From assembly GCA_964057225.1 (NCBI GenBank), contig OZ059898.1, positions 17,360,001-17,424,000 of the forward strand: 64,000 nucleotides of DNA, written 5' to 3'. Each line of letters starts with the position of its first letter. Within the stretch, counting starts at the first letter, position 1. Positions 12,501 through 27,399 of the stretch are shown here, piece after piece. Source of the stretch: Auanema rhodensis (taxonomy: Eukaryota; Animalia; Nematoda). Both the position numbers and the translations under genes were made by a program. The notes below the pieces were generated by a model, which was not told where the DNA came from, did no database searches, and worked only from the letters and a program-made list of their open reading frames with translations.

Positions 12501-15500
12501 AGCTGCGTCGATCTGTGTTATCAGATTTGCGCTAGCTTAAAAATGCACCGAGATATCAACTGATATAAGTTCACACTTATATCCTCGATTTTCACCCTGA
12601 AGAATTAATTTTTTCGTTGAATAACATTGTCCATCGTCTTTGCCTTGAAAAAAGGAATCTAAAAACATTTACTTTTTGCTAAATTATTCTGAAATTTTTC
12701 GAAAAAATTTTTGTCAAAATGTTTTTGGAAGCAATGTTGAGTGTACATGGAAACTCAACATACACTAATGCACCATTTTTCAAACGATCATAACTAATTT
12801 TTGTATCAAGCGTTTCTCAATGTAGTATAGTGCATTCGATGCGGATTTTTAAGCTGCGTCGATCTGTGTTATCAGATTTGCGCTAGCTTAAAAATGCACC
12901 GAGATATCAACTGATATAAGTTCACACTTATATCCTCGATTTTCACCCTGAAGAATTAATTTTTTCGTTGAATAACATTGTCCATCGTCTTTGCCTTGAA
13001 AAAAGGAATCTAAAAACATCTACTTTTTGCTAAATTATTTTGAAATTTTTCGAAAAAATTTTTGTCAAAATGTTTTTGGAAGCAATGTTGAGTGTACATG
13101 GAAAATCAACATACACTAATGCATCATTTTTCAAACGATCATAACTAATTTTTGTATTAAGCGTTTCTCAATGTAGTATAGTGCATTCGATGCGGATTTT
13201 TAAGCTGCGTCGATCTGTGTTATCAGATTTGCGCTAGCTCAAAAATGCACCGAGATATCAACTGATATAAGTTCACACTTATATCCTCGATTTTCACCCT
13301 GAAGAATTATTTTTTTCGTTGAATAACATTGTCCATCGTCTTTGCCTTGAAAAAAGGAATCTAAAAACATCTACTTTTTGCTAAATTATTTTGAAATTTT
13401 TCGAAAAAATTTCTGTCAAAATGTTTTTGGTAGCAATGTTGAGTGTACATGGAAACTCAACATACACTAATGCATCATTTTTCAAACGATCATAACTAAT
13501 TTTTGTATTAAGCGTTTCTCAATGTAGTATAGTGCATTCGATGCGGATTTTTAAGCTGCGTCGATCTGTGTTATCAGATTTGCGCTAGCTTAAAAATGCA
13601 CCGAGATATCAACTGATATAAGTTCACACTTATATCCTCGATTTTCACCCTGAAGAATTGATTTTTTCGTTGAATAACATTGTCCATCGTCTTTGCCTTG
13701 AAAAAAGGAATCTAAAAACATTTACTTTTTGCTAAATTATTCTGAAATTTTTCGAAAAAATTTTTGTCAAAATGTTTTTGGAAGCAATGTTGAGTGTACA
13801 TGGAAACTCAACATACACTAATGCATCATTTTTCAAACGATCATAACTAATTTTTGTATTAAGCGTTTCTCAATGTAGTATAGTGCATTTGATGCGGATT
13901 GTTAAGCTGCGTCGATCTGTGTTATCAGATTTGCGCTAGCTTAAAAATGCACCGAGATATCAACTGATATAAGTTCACACTTATATCCTCGATTTTCACC
14001 CTGAAGAAATAATTTTTTCGTTGAATAACATTGTCCATCGTCTTTGCCTTGAAAAAAGGAATCTAAAAACATCTACTTTTTGCTAAATTATTTTGAAATT
14101 TTTCGAAAAAATTTTTGTCAAAATGTTTTTGGAAGCAATGTTGAGTGAACATGGAAACTCAACATACACTAATGCATCATTTTTCAAACAATCATAACTA
14201 ATTTTTGTATTAAGCGTTTCTCAATGTAGTATAGTGCATTTGATGCGGATTTTTAAGCTGCGTCGATCTGTGTTATCAGATTTGCGCTAGCTTAAAAATG
14301 CACCGAGATATCAACTGATATAAGTTCACACTTATATCCTCGATTTTCACCCTGAAGAATTAATTTTTTCGTTGAATAACATTGTCCATCGTCTTTGCCT
14401 TGAAAAAAGGAATCTAAAAACATTTACTTTTTGCTAAATTATTCTGAAATTTTTCGAAAAAATTTTTGTCAAAATGTTTTTGGAAGCAATGTTGAGTGTA
14501 CATGGAAACTCAACATACACTAATGCATCATTTTTCAAACGATCATAACTAATTTTTGTATTAAGCGTTTCTCAATGTAGTATAGTGCATTTGATGCGGA
14601 TTTTTAAGCTGCGTCGATCTGTGTTATCAGATTTGCGCTAGCTTAAAAATGCACCGAGATATCAGCTGATATAAGTTCACACTTATATCCTCGATTTTCA
14701 CCCTGAAGAAATAATTTTTTCGTTGAATAACATTGTCCATCGTCTTTGCCTTAAAAAAAGGAATCTAAAAACATCTACTTTTTGCTAAATTATTTTGAAA
14801 TTTTTCGAAAAAATTTTTGTCAAAATGTTTTTGGAAGCAATGTTGAGTGTACATGGAAACTCAACATACACTAATGCATCATTTTTCAAACGATCATAAC
14901 TAATTTTTGTATTAAGCGTTTCTCAATGTAGTATAGTGCATTTGATGCGGATTTTTAAGCTGCGTCGATCTGTGTTATCAGATTTGCGCTAGCTTAAAAA
15001 TGCACCGAGATATCAACTGATATAAGTTCACACTTATATCCTCGATTTTCACCCTGAAGAAATAATTTTTTCGTTGAATAACATTGTCCATCGTCTTTGC
15101 CTTGAAAAAAGGAATCTAAAAACATCTGCTTTTTGCTAAATTATTTTGAAATTTTTCGAAAAAATTTTTGTCAAAATGTTTTTGGAAGCAATGTTGAGTG
15201 AACATGGAAACTCAAAATACACTAATGCATCATTTTTCAAACAATCATAACTAATTTTTGTATTAAGCGTTTCTCAATGTAGTATAGTGCATTTGATGCG
15301 GATTTTTAAGCTGCGTCGATCTGTGTTATCAGATTTGCGCTAGCTTAAAAATGCACCGAGATATCAACTGATATAAGTTCACACTTATATCCTCGATTTT
15401 CACCCTGAAGAAATAATTTTTTCGTTGAATAACATTGTCCATCGTCTTTGCCTTGAAAAAAGGAATCTGAAAACATCTACTTTTTGCTAAATTATTTTGA

Positions 15501-18500
15501 AATTTTTCGAAAAAATTTTTGTCAAAATGTTTTTGGAAGCAATGTTGAGTGAACATGGAAACTCAACATACACTAATGCATCATTTTTCAAACAATCATA
15601 ACTAATTTTTGTATTAAGCGTTTCTCAATGTAGTATAGTGCATTTGATGCGGATTTTTAAGCTGCGTCGATCTGTGTTATCAGATTTGCGCTAGCTTAAA
15701 AATGCACCGAGATATCAACTGATATAAGTTCACACTTATATCCTCGATTTTCACCCTGAAGAATTAATTTTTTCGTTGAATAACATTGTCCATCGTCTTT
15801 GCCTTGAAAAAAGGAATCTAAAAACATTTACTTTTTGCTAAATCATTCTGAAATTTTTCGAAAAAATTTCTGTCAAAATGTTTTTGGAAGCAATGTTGAG
15901 TGTACATGGAAACTCAACATACACTAATGCATCATTTTTCAAACGATCATAACTAATTTTTGTATTAAGCGTTTCTCAATGTAGTATAGTGCATTCGATG
16001 CGGATTTTTAAGCTGCGTCGATCTGTGTTATCAGATTTGCGCTAGCTTAAAAATGCACCGAGATATCAACTGATATAAGTTCACACTTATATCCTCGATT
16101 TTCACCCTGAAGAATTGATTTTTTCGTTGAATAACATTGTCCATCGTCTTTGCCTTGAAAAAAGGAATCTAAAAACATTTACTTTTTGCTAAATTATTCT
16201 GAAATTTTTCGAAAAAATTTTTGTCAAAATGTTTTTGGAAGCAATGTTGAGTGTACATGGAAACTCAACATACACTAATGCATCATTTTTCAAACGATCA
16301 TAACTAATTTTTGTATTAAGCGTTTCTCAATGTAGTATAGTGCATTTGATGCGGATTTTTAAGCTGCGTCGATCTGTGTTATCAGATTTGCGCTAGCTTA
16401 AAAATGCACCGAGATATCAACTGATATAAGTTCACACTTATATCCTCGATTTTCACCCTGAAGAAATAATTTTTTCGTTGAATAACATTGTCCATCGTCT
16501 TTGCCTTAAAAAAAGGAATCTAAAAACATCTACTTTTTGCTAAATTATTTTGAAATTTTTCGAAAAAATTTTTGTCAAAATGTTTTTGGAAGCAATGTTG
16601 AGCGAACATGGAAACTCAACATACACTAATGCATCATTTTTCAAACAATCATAACTAATTTTTGTATTAAGCGTTTCTCAATGTAGTATAGTGCATTTGA
16701 TGCGGATTTTTAAGCTGCGTCGATCTGTGTTATCAGATTTGCGCTAGCTTAAAAATGCACCGAGATATCAACTGATATAAGTTCACACTTATATCCTCGA
16801 TTTTCACCCTGAAGAATTAATTTTTTCGTTGAATAACATTGTCCATCGTCTTTGCCTTGAAAAAAGGAATCTAAAAACATTTACTTTTTGCTAAATCATT
16901 CTGAAATTTTTCGAAAAAATTTCTGTCAAAATGTTTTTGGAAGCAATGTTGAGTGTACATGGAAACTCAACATACACTAATGCATCATTTTTCAAACGAT
17001 CATAACTAATTTTTGTATTAAGCGTTTCTCAATGTAGTATAGTGCATTTGATGCGGATTTTTAAGCTGCGTCGATCTGTGTTATCAGATTTGCGCTAGCT
17101 TAAAAATGCACCGAGATATCAACTGATATAAGTTCACACTTATATCCTCGATTTTCACCCTGAAGAAATAATTTTTTCGTTGAATAACATTGTCCATCGT
17201 CTTTGCCTTGAAAAAAGGAATCTAAAAACATCTACTTTTTGCTAAATTATTTTGAAATTTTTCGAAAAAATTTTTGTCAAAATGTTTTTGGAAGCAATGT
17301 TGAGTGAACATGGAAACTCAAAATACACTAATGCATCATTTTTCAAACAATCATAACTAATTTTTGTATTAAGCGTTTCTCAATGTAGTATAGTGCATTT
17401 GATGCGGATTTTTAAGCTGCGTCGATCTGTGTTATCAGATTTGCGCTAGCTTAAAAATGCACCGAGATATCAACTGATATAAGTTCACACTTATATCCTC
17501 GATTTTCACCCTGAAGAAATAATTTTTTCGTTGAATAACATTGTCCATCGTCTTTGCCTTGAAAAAAGGAATCTAAAAACATCTACTTTTTGCTAAATTA
17601 TTTTGAAATTTTTCGAAAAAATTTTTGTCAAAATGTTTTTGGAAGCAATGTTGAGTGAACATGGAAACTCAAAATACACTAATGCATCATTTTTCAAACA
17701 ATCATAACTAATTTTTGTATTAAGCGTTTCTCAATGTAGTATAGTGCATTTGATGCGGATTTTTAAGCTGCGTCGATCTGTGTTATCAGATTTGCGCTAG
17801 CTTAAAAATGCACCGAGATATCAACTGATATAAGTTCACACTTATATCCTCGATTTTCACCCTGAAGAATTAATTTTTTCGTTGAATAACATTGTCCATC
17901 GTCTTTGCCTTGAAAAAAGGAATCTAAAAACATTTACTTTTTGCTAAATCATTCTGAAATTTTTCGAAAAAATTTCTGTCAAAATGTTTTTGGAAGCAAT
18001 GTTGAGTGTACATGGAAACTCAACATACACTAATGCATCATTTTTCAAACGATCATAACTAATTTTTGTATTAAGCGTTTCTCAATGTAGTATAGTGCAT
18101 TCGATGCGGATTTTTAAGCTGCGTCGATCTGTGTTATCAGATTTGCGCTAGCTTAAAAATGCACCGAGATATCAACTGATATAAGTTCACACTTATATCC
18201 TCGATTTTCACCCTGAAGAATTGATTTTTTCGTTGAATAACATTGTCCATCGTCTTTGCCTTGAAAAAAGGAATCTAAAAACATTTACTTTTTGCTAAAT
18301 TATTCTGAAATTTTTCGAAAAAATTTTTGTCAAAATGTTTTTGGAAGCAATGTTGAGTGTACATGGAAACTCAACATACACTAATGCATCATTTTTCAAA
18401 CGATCATAACTAATTTTTGTATTAAGCGTTTCTCAATGTAGTATAGTGCATTTGATGCGGATTTTTAAGCTGCGTCGATCTGTGTTATCAGATTTGCGCT

Positions 18501-21500
18501 AGCTTAAAAATGCACCGAGATATCAACTGATATAAGTTCACACTTATATCCTCGATTTTCACCCTGAAGAAATAATTTTTTCGTTGAATAACATTGTCCA
18601 TCGTCTTTGCCTTGAGAAAAGGAATCTAAAAACATCTACTTTTTGCTAAATTATTTTGAAGTTTTTCGAAAAAATTTTTGTCAAAATGTTTTTGGAAGCA
18701 ATGTTGAGTGTACATGGAAACTCAACATACACTAATGCATCATTTTTCAAACGATCATAACTAATTTTTGTATTAAGCGTTTCTCAATGTAGTATAGTGC
18801 ATTCGATGCGGATTTTTAAGCTGCGTCGATCTGTGTTATCAGATTTGCGCTAGCTTAAAAATGCACCGAGATATCAACTGATATAAGTTCACACTTATAT
18901 CCTCGATTTTCACCCTGAAGAATTAATTTTTTCGTTGAATAACATTGTCCATCGTCTTTGCCTTGAAAAAAGGAATCTAAAAACATTTACTTTTTGCTAA
19001 ATTATTCTGAAATTTTTCGAAAAAATTTTTGTCAAAATGTTTTTGGAAGCAATGTTGAGTGTACATGGAAACTCAACATACACTAATGCACCATTTTTCA
19101 AACGATCATAACTAATTTTTGTATTAAGCGTTTCTCAATGTAGTATAATGCATTCGATGCGGATTTTTAAGCTGCGTCGATCTGTGTTATCAGATTTGCG
19201 CTAGCTTAAAAATGCACCGAGATATCAACTGATATAAGTTCACACTTATATCCTCGATTTTCACCCTGAAGAATTAATTTTTTCGTTGAATAACATTGTC
19301 CATCGTCTTTGCCTTGAAAAAAGGAATCTAAAAACATTTACTTTTTGCTAAATTATTCTGAAATTTTTCGAAAAAATTTTTGTCAAAATGTTTTTGGAAG
19401 CAATGTTGAGTGTACATGGAAACTCAACATACACTAATGCACCATTTTTCAAACAATCATAACTAATTTTTGTATCAAGCGTTTCTCAATGTAGTATAGT
19501 GCATTCGATGCGGATTTTTAAGCTGCGTCGATCTGTGTTATCAGATTTGCGCTAGCTTAAAAATGCACCGAGATATCAACTGATATAAGTTCACACTTAT
19601 ATCCTCGATTTTCACCCTGAAGAATTAATTTTTTCGTTGAATAACATTGTCCATCGTCTTTGCCTTGAAAAAAGGAATCTAAAAACATCTACTTTTTGCT
19701 AAATTATTTTGAAATTTTTCGAAAAAATTTTTGTCAAAATGTTTTTGGAAGCAATGTTGAGTGTACATGGAAACTCAACATACACTAATGCACCATTTTT
19801 CAAACGATCATAACTAATTTTTGTATTAAGCGTTTCTCAATGTAGTATAATGCATTCGATGCGGATTTTTAAGCTGCGTCGATCTGTGTTATCAGATTTG
19901 CGCTAGCTTAAAAATGCACCGAGATATCAACTGATATAAGTTCACACTTATATCCTCGATTTTCACCCTGAAGAATTAATTTTTTCGTTGAATAACATTG
20001 TCCATCGTCTTTGCCTTGAAAAAAGGAATCTAAAAACATTTACTTTTTGCTAAATTATTCTGAAATTTTTCGAAAAAATTTTTGTCAAAATGTTTTTGGA
20101 AGCAATGTTGAGTGTACATGGAAACTCAACATACACTAATGCACCATTTTTCAAACGATCATAACTAATTTTTGTATCAAGCGTTTCTCAATGTAGTATA
20201 GTGCATTCGATGCGGATTTTTAAGCTGCGTCGATCTGTGTTATCAGATTTGCGCTAGCTTAAAAATGCACCGAGATATCAACTGATATAAGTTCACACTT
20301 ATATCCTCGATTTTCACCCTGAAGAATTAATTTTTTCGTTGAATAACATTGTCCATCGTCTTTGCCTTGAAAAAAGGAATCTAAAAACATCTACTTTTTG
20401 CTAAATTATTTTGAAATTTTTCGAAAAAATTTTTGTCAAAATGTTTTTGGAAGCAATGTTGAGTGTACATGGAAACTCAACATACACTAATGCATCATTT
20501 TTCAAACGATCATAACTAATTTTTGTATTAAGCGTTTCTCAATGTAGTATAGTGCATTCGATGCGGATTTTTAAGCTGCGTCGATCTGTGTTATCAGATT
20601 TGCGCTAGCTCAAAAATGCACCGAGATATCAACTGATATAAGTTCACACTTATATCCTCGATTTTCACCCTGAAGAATTATTTTTTTCGTTGAATAACAT
20701 TGTCCATCGTCTTTGCCTTAAAAAAAGGAATCTAAAAACATCTACTTTTTGCTAAATTATTTTGAAATTTTTCGAAAAAATTTCTGTCAAAATGTTTTTG
20801 GTAGCAATGTTGAGTGTACATGGAAACTCAACATACACTAATGCATCATTTTTCAAACGATCATAACTAATTTTTGTATTAAGCGTTTCTCAATGTAGTA
20901 TAGTGCATTCGATGCGGATTTTTAAGCTGCGTCGATCTGTGTTATCAGATTTGCGCTAGCTTAAAAATGCACCGAGATATCAACTGATATAAGTTCACAC
21001 TTATATCCTCGATTTTCACCCTGAAGAATTAATTTTTTCGTTGAATAACATTGTCCATCGTCTTTGCCTTGAAAAAAGGAATCTAAAAACATTTACTTTT
21101 TGCTAAATTATTCGGAAATTTTTCGAAAAAATTTTTGTCAAAATGTTTTTGGAAGCAATGTTGAGTGTACATGGAAACTCAACATACACTAATGCATCAT
21201 TTTTCAAACGATCATAACTAATTTTTGTATTAAGCGTTTCTCAATGTAGTATAGTGCATTTGATGCGGATTTTTAAGCTGCGTCGATCTGTGTTATCAGA
21301 TTTGCGCTAGCTTAAAAATGCACCGAGATATCAACTGATATAAGTTCACACTTATATCCTCGATTTTCACCCTGAAGAAATAATTTTTTCGTTGAATAAC
21401 ATTGTCGTTCGTCTTTGCCTTGAGAAAAGGAATCTAAAAACATCTACTTTTTGCTAAATTATTTTGAAGTTTTTCGAAAAAATTTTTGTCAAAATGTTTT

Positions 21501-22464
21501 TGGAAGCAATGTTGAGTGTACATGGAAACTCAACATACACTAATGCACCATTTTTCAAACGATCATAACTAATTTTTGTATCAAGCGTTTCTCAATGTAG
21601 TATAGTGCATTTGATGCGGATTTTTAAGCTGCGTCGATCTGTGTTATCAGATTTGCGCTAGCTTAAAAATGCACCGAGATATCAACTGATATAAGTTCAC
21701 ACTTATATCCTCGATTTTCACCCTGAAGAAATAATTTTTTCGTTGAATAACATTGTCGTTCGTCTTTGCCTTGAGAAAAGGAATCTAAAAACATCTACTT
21801 TTTGCTAAATTATTTTGAAGTTTTTCGAAAAAATTTTTGTCAAAATGTTTTTGGAAGCAATGTTGAGTGTACATGGAAACTCAACATACACTAATGCATC
21901 ATTTTTCAAACGATCATAACTAATTTTTGTATTGAGCGTTTCTCAATGTAGTATAGTGCATTCGATGCGGATTTTTAAGCTGCGTCGATCTGTGTTATCA
22001 GATTTGCGCTAGCTTAAAAATGCACCGAGATATCAACTGATATAAGTTCACACTTATATCCTCGATTTTCACCCTGAAGAATTAATTTTTTCGTTGAATA
22101 ACATTGTCCATCGTCTTTGCCTTGAAAAAAGGAATCTAAAAACATTTACTTTTTGCTAAATTATTCTGTAATTTTTCGAAAAAATTTTTGTCAAAATGTT
22201 TTTGGAAGCAATGTTGAGTGTACATGGAAACTCAACATACACTAATGCACCATTTTTCAAACGATCATAACTAATTTTTGTATCAAGCGTTTCTCAATGT
22301 AGTATAGTGCATTCGATGCGGATTTTTAAGCTGCGTCGATCTGTGTTATCAGATTTGCGCTAGCTTAAAAATGCACCGAGATATCAACTGATATAAGTTC
22401 ACACTTATATCCTCGATTTTCACCCTGAAGAATTAATTTTTTCGTTGAATAACATTGTCCATCG

Positions 22465-22908
22465 TCTTTGCCTTGAAAAAAGGAATCTAAAAACATCTAC
22501 TTTTTGCTAAATTATTTTGAAATTTTTCGAAAAAATTTCTGTCAAAATGTTTTTGGTAGCAATGTTGAGTGTACATGGAAACTCAACATACACTAATGCA
22601 TCATTTTTCAAACGATCATAACTAATTTTTGTATTAAGCGTTTCTCAATGTAGTATAGTGCATTCGATGCGGATTTTTAAGCTGCGTCGATCTGTGTTAT
22701 CAGATTTGAGCTAGCTTAAAAATGCACCGAGATATCAACTGATATAAGTTCACACTTATATCCTCGATTTTCACCCTGAAGAATTAATTTTAGCTTAAAA
22801 ATGCTAGCTTAAAAATGCACCGAGATATCAACTGATATAAGTTCACACTTATATCCTCGATTTTCACCCTGAAGAATTAATTTTTTCGTTGAATAACATT
22901 GTCCATCG
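22465..22908. repeat. 444-bp variant monomer (+93 bp), copy 1
   Basis: Junction GAATTAATTT|TAGCTTAAAAATGC|TAGCTTAAAAATGCACC at 22791 and 22805. Confidence 0.97.
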
Positions 22909-24663
22909 TCTTTGCCTTGAAAAAAGGAATCTAAAAACATTTACTTTTTGCTAAATTATTCGGAAATTTTTCGAAAAAATTTTTGTCAAAATGTTTTTGG
23001 AAGCAATGTTGAGTGTACATGGAAACTCAACATACACTAATGCATCATTTTTCAAACGATCATAACTAATTTTTGTATTAAGCGTTTCTCAATGTAGTAT
23101 AGTGCATTTGATGCGGATTTTTAAGCTGCGTCGATCTGTGTTATCAGATTTGCGCTAGCTTAAAAATGCACCGAGATATCAACTGATATAAGTTCACACT
23201 TATATCCTCGATTTTCACCCTGAAGAATTAATTTTTTCGTTGAATAACATTGTCCATCGTCTTTGCCTTGAAAAAAGGAATCTAAAAACATTTACTTTTT
23301 GCTAAATTATTCGGAAATTTTTCGAAAAAATTTTTGTCAAAATGTTTTTGGAAGCAATGTTGAGTGTACATGGAAACTCAACATACACTAATGCATCATT
23401 TTTCAAACGATCATAACTAATTTTTGTATTAAGCGTTTCTCAATGTAGTATAGTGCATTTGATGCGGATTTTTAAGCTGCGTCGATCTGTGTTATCAGAT
23501 TTGCGCTAGCTTAAAAATGCACCGAGATATCAACTGATATAAGTTCACACTTATATCCTCGATTTTCACCCTGAAGAAATAATTTTTTCGTTGAATAACA
23601 TTGTCGTTCGTCTTTGCCTTGAGAAAAGGAATCTAAAAACATCTACTTTTTGCTAAATTATTTTGAAGTTTTTCGAAAAAATTTTTGTCAAAATGTTTTT
23701 GGAAGCAATGTTGAGTGTACATGGAAACTCAACATACACTAATGCACCATTTTTCAAACGATCATAACTAATTTTTGTATCAAGCGTTTCTCAATGTAGT
23801 ATAGTGCATTTGATGCGGATTTTTAAGCTGCGTCGATCTGTGTTATCAGATTTGCGCTAGCTTAAAAATGCACCGAGATATCAACTGATATAAGTTCACA
23901 CTTATATCCTCGATTTTCACCCTGAAGAAATAATTTTTTCGTTGAATAACATTGTCGTTCGTCTTTGCCTTGAGAAAAGGAATCTAAAAACATCTACTTT
24001 TTGCTAAATTATTTTGAAGTTTTTCGAAAAAATTTTTGTCAAAATGTTTTTGGAAGCAATGTTGAGTGTACATGGAAACTCAACATACACTAATGCATCA
24101 TTTTTCAAACGATCATAACTAATTTTTGTATTGAGCGTTTCTCAATGTAGTATAGTGCATTCGATGCGGATTTTTAAGCTGCGTCGATCTGTGTTATCAG
24201 ATTTGCGCTAGCTTAAAAATGCACCGAGATATCAACTGATATAAGTTCACACTTATATCCTCGATTTTCACCCTGAAGAATTAATTTTTTCGTTGAATAA
24301 CATTGTCCATCGTCTTTGCCTTGAAAAAAGGAATCTAAAAACATTTACTTTTTGCTAAATTATTCTGTAATTTTTCGAAAAAATTTTTGTCAAAATGTTT
24401 TTGGAAGCAATGTTGAGTGTACATGGAAACTCAACATACACTAATGCACCATTTTTCAAACGATCATAACTAATTTTTGTATCAAGCGTTTCTCAATGTA
24501 GTATAGTGCATTCGATGCGGATTTTTAAGCTGCGTCGATCTGTGTTATCAGATTTGCGCTAGCTTAAAAATGCACCGAGATATCAACTGATATAAGTTCA
24601 CACTTATATCCTCGATTTTCACCCTGAAGAATTAATTTTTTCGTTGAATAACATTGTCCATCG

Positions 24664-25107
24664 TCTTTGCCTTGAAAAAAGGAATCTAAAAACATCTACT
24701 TTTTGCTAAATTATTTTGAAATTTTTCGAAAAAATTTCTGTCAAAATGTTTTTGGTAGCAATGTTGAGTGTACATGGAAACTCAACATACACTAATGCAT
24801 CATTTTTCAAACGATCATAACTAATTTTTGTATTAAGCGTTTCTCAATGTAGTATAGTGCATTCGATGCGGATTTTTAAGCTGCGTCGATCTGTGTTATC
24901 AGATTTGAGCTAGCTTAAAAATGCACCGAGATATCAACTGATATAAGTTCACACTTATATCCTCGATTTTCACCCTGAAGAATTAATTTTAGCTTAAAAA
25001 TGCTAGCTTAAAAATGCACCGAGATATCAACTGATATAAGTTCACACTTATATCCTCGATTTTCACCCTGAAGAATTAATTTTTTCGTTGAATAACATTG
25101 TCCATCG
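24664..25107. repeat. 444-bp variant monomer (+93 bp), copy 2
   Basis: Same junction at 24990. Confidence 0.97.
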
Positions 25108-25458
25108 TCTTTGCCTTGAAAAAAGGAATCTAAAAACATTTACTTTTTGCTAAATTATTCGGAAATTTTTCGAAAAAATTTTTGTCAAAATGTTTTTGGA
25201 AGCAATGTTGAGTGTACATGGAAACTCAACATACACTAATGCATCATTTTTCAAACGATCATAACTAATTTTTGTATTAAGCGTTTCTCAATGTAGTATA
25301 GTGCATTTGATGCGGATTTTTAAGCTGCGTCGATCTGTGTTATCAGATTTGCGCTAGCTTAAAAATGCACCGAGATATCAACTGATATAAGTTCACACTT
25401 ATATCCTCGATTTTCACCCTGAAGAATTAATTTTTTCGTTGAATAACATTGTCCATCG

Positions 25459-25902
25459 TCTTTGCCTTGAAAAAAGGAATCTAAAAACATCTACTTTTTG
25501 CTAAATTATTTTGAAATTTTTCGAAAAAATTTCTGTCAAAATGTTTTTGGTAGCAATGTTGAGTGTACATGGAAACTCAACATACACTAATGCATCATTT
25601 TTCAAACGATCATAACTAATTTTTGTATTAAGCGTTTCTCAATGTAGTATAGTGCATTCGATGCGGATTTTTAAGCTGCGTCGATCTGTGTTATCAGATT
25701 TGAGCTAGCTTAAAAATGCACCGAGATATCAACTGATATAAGTTCACACTTATATCCTCGATTTTCACCCTGAAGAATTAATTTTAGCTTAAAAATGCTA
25801 GCTTAAAAATGCACCGAGATATCAACTGATATAAGTTCACACTTATATCCTCGATTTTCACCCTGAAGAATTAATTTTTTCGTTGAATAACATTGTCCAT
25901 CG
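25459..25902. repeat. 444-bp variant monomer (+93 bp), copy 3
   Basis: Same junction at 25785. Confidence 0.97.
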
Positions 25903-26955
25903 TCTTTGCCTTGAAAAAAGGAATCTAAAAACATTTACTTTTTGCTAAATTATTCGGAAATTTTTCGAAAAAATTTTTGTCAAAATGTTTTTGGAAGCAA
26001 TGTTGAGTGTACATGGAAACTCAACATACACTAATGCATCATTTTTCAAACGATCATAACTAATTTTTGTATTAAGCGTTTCTCAATGTAGTATAGTGCA
26101 TTTGATGCGGATTTTTAAGCTGCGTCGATCTGTGTTATCAGATTTGCGCTAGCTTAAAAATGCACCGAGATATCAACTGATATAAGTTCACACTTATATC
26201 CTCGATTTTCACCCTGAAGAATTAATTTTTTCGTTGAATAACATTGTCCATCGTCTTTGCCTTGAAAAAAGGAATCTAAAAACATTTACTTTTTGCTAAA
26301 TTATTCGGAAATTTTTCGAAAAAATTTTTGTCAAAATGTTTTTGGAAGCAATGTTGAGTGTACATGGAAACTCAACATACACTAATGCATCATTTTTCAA
26401 ACGATCATAACTAATTTTTGTATTAAGCGTTTCTCAATGTAGTATAGTGCATTTGATGCGGATTTTTAAGCTGCGTCGATCTGTGTTATCAGATTTGCGC
26501 TAGCTTAAAAATGCACCGAGATATCAACTGATATAAGTTCACACTTATATCCTCGATTTTCACCCTGAAGAAATAATTTTTTCGTTGAATAACATTGTCG
26601 TTCGTCTTTGCCTTGAGAAAAGGAATCTAAAAACATCTACTTTTTGCTAAATTATTTTGAAGTTTTTCGAAAAAATTTTTGTCAAAATGTTTTTGGAAGC
26701 AATGTTGAGTGTACATGGAAACTCAACATACACTAATGCATCATTTTTCAAACGATCATAACTAATTTTTGTATTAAGCGTTTCTCAATGTAGTATAGTG
26801 CATTCGATGCGGATTTTTAAGCTGCGTCGATCTGTGTTATCAGATTTGCGCTAGCTCAAAAATGCACCGAGATATCAACTGATATAAGTTCACACTTATA
26901 TCCTCGATTTTCACCCTGAAGAATTATTTTTTTCGTTGAATAACATTGTCCATCG

Positions 26956-27399
26956 TCTTTGCCTTGAAAAAAGGAATCTAAAAACATCTACTTTTTGCTA
27001 AATTATTTTGAAATTTTTCGAAAAAATTTCTGTCAAAATGTTTTTGGTAGCAATGTTGAGTGTACATGGAAACTCAACATACACTAATGCATCATTTTTC
27101 AAACGATCATAACTGATTTTTGTATTAAGCGTTTCTCAATGTAGTATAGTGCATTCGATGCGGATTTTTAAGCTGCGTCGATCTGTGTTATCAGATTTGA
27201 GCTAGCTTAAAAATGCACCGAGATATCAACTGATATAAGTTCACACTTATATCCTCGATTTTCACCCTGAAGAATTAATTTTAGCTTAAAAATGCTAGCT
27301 TAAAAATGCACCGAGATATCAACTGATATAAGTTCACACTTATATCCTCGATTTTCACCCTGAAGAATTAATTTTTTCGTTGAATAACATTGTCCATCG
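26956..27399. repeat. 444-bp variant monomer (+93 bp), copy 4
   Basis: Same junction at 27282. Confidence 0.97.

Larger units (their letters stand above)
21061..25458. repeat. Hexameric higher-order repeat, 2 x 2199 bp (6 x 351 + 93)
   Basis: Markers TTCGGAAA, GTCGTTCG, ATTGAG, TCTGTAA, GGTAGC and the 93-bp insertion recur at +2199. Confidence 0.9.

Noticed and set aside
14659-14672. SNP creating a perfect 14-bp palindrome ATATCAGCTGATAT
   Set aside because: A singleton substitution in one monomer with no sign of spread; most likely chance.
15329-15556. 75-aa minus-strand ORF (MFTQHCFQ...)
   Set aside because: It lies wholly within satellite monomers. It is open only because this spot combines two SNPs (ATCTGA and AAATAA) that remove the TAG and TAA stops present in other copies. 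Its F/K/N-rich composition just reflects the A/T tracts.
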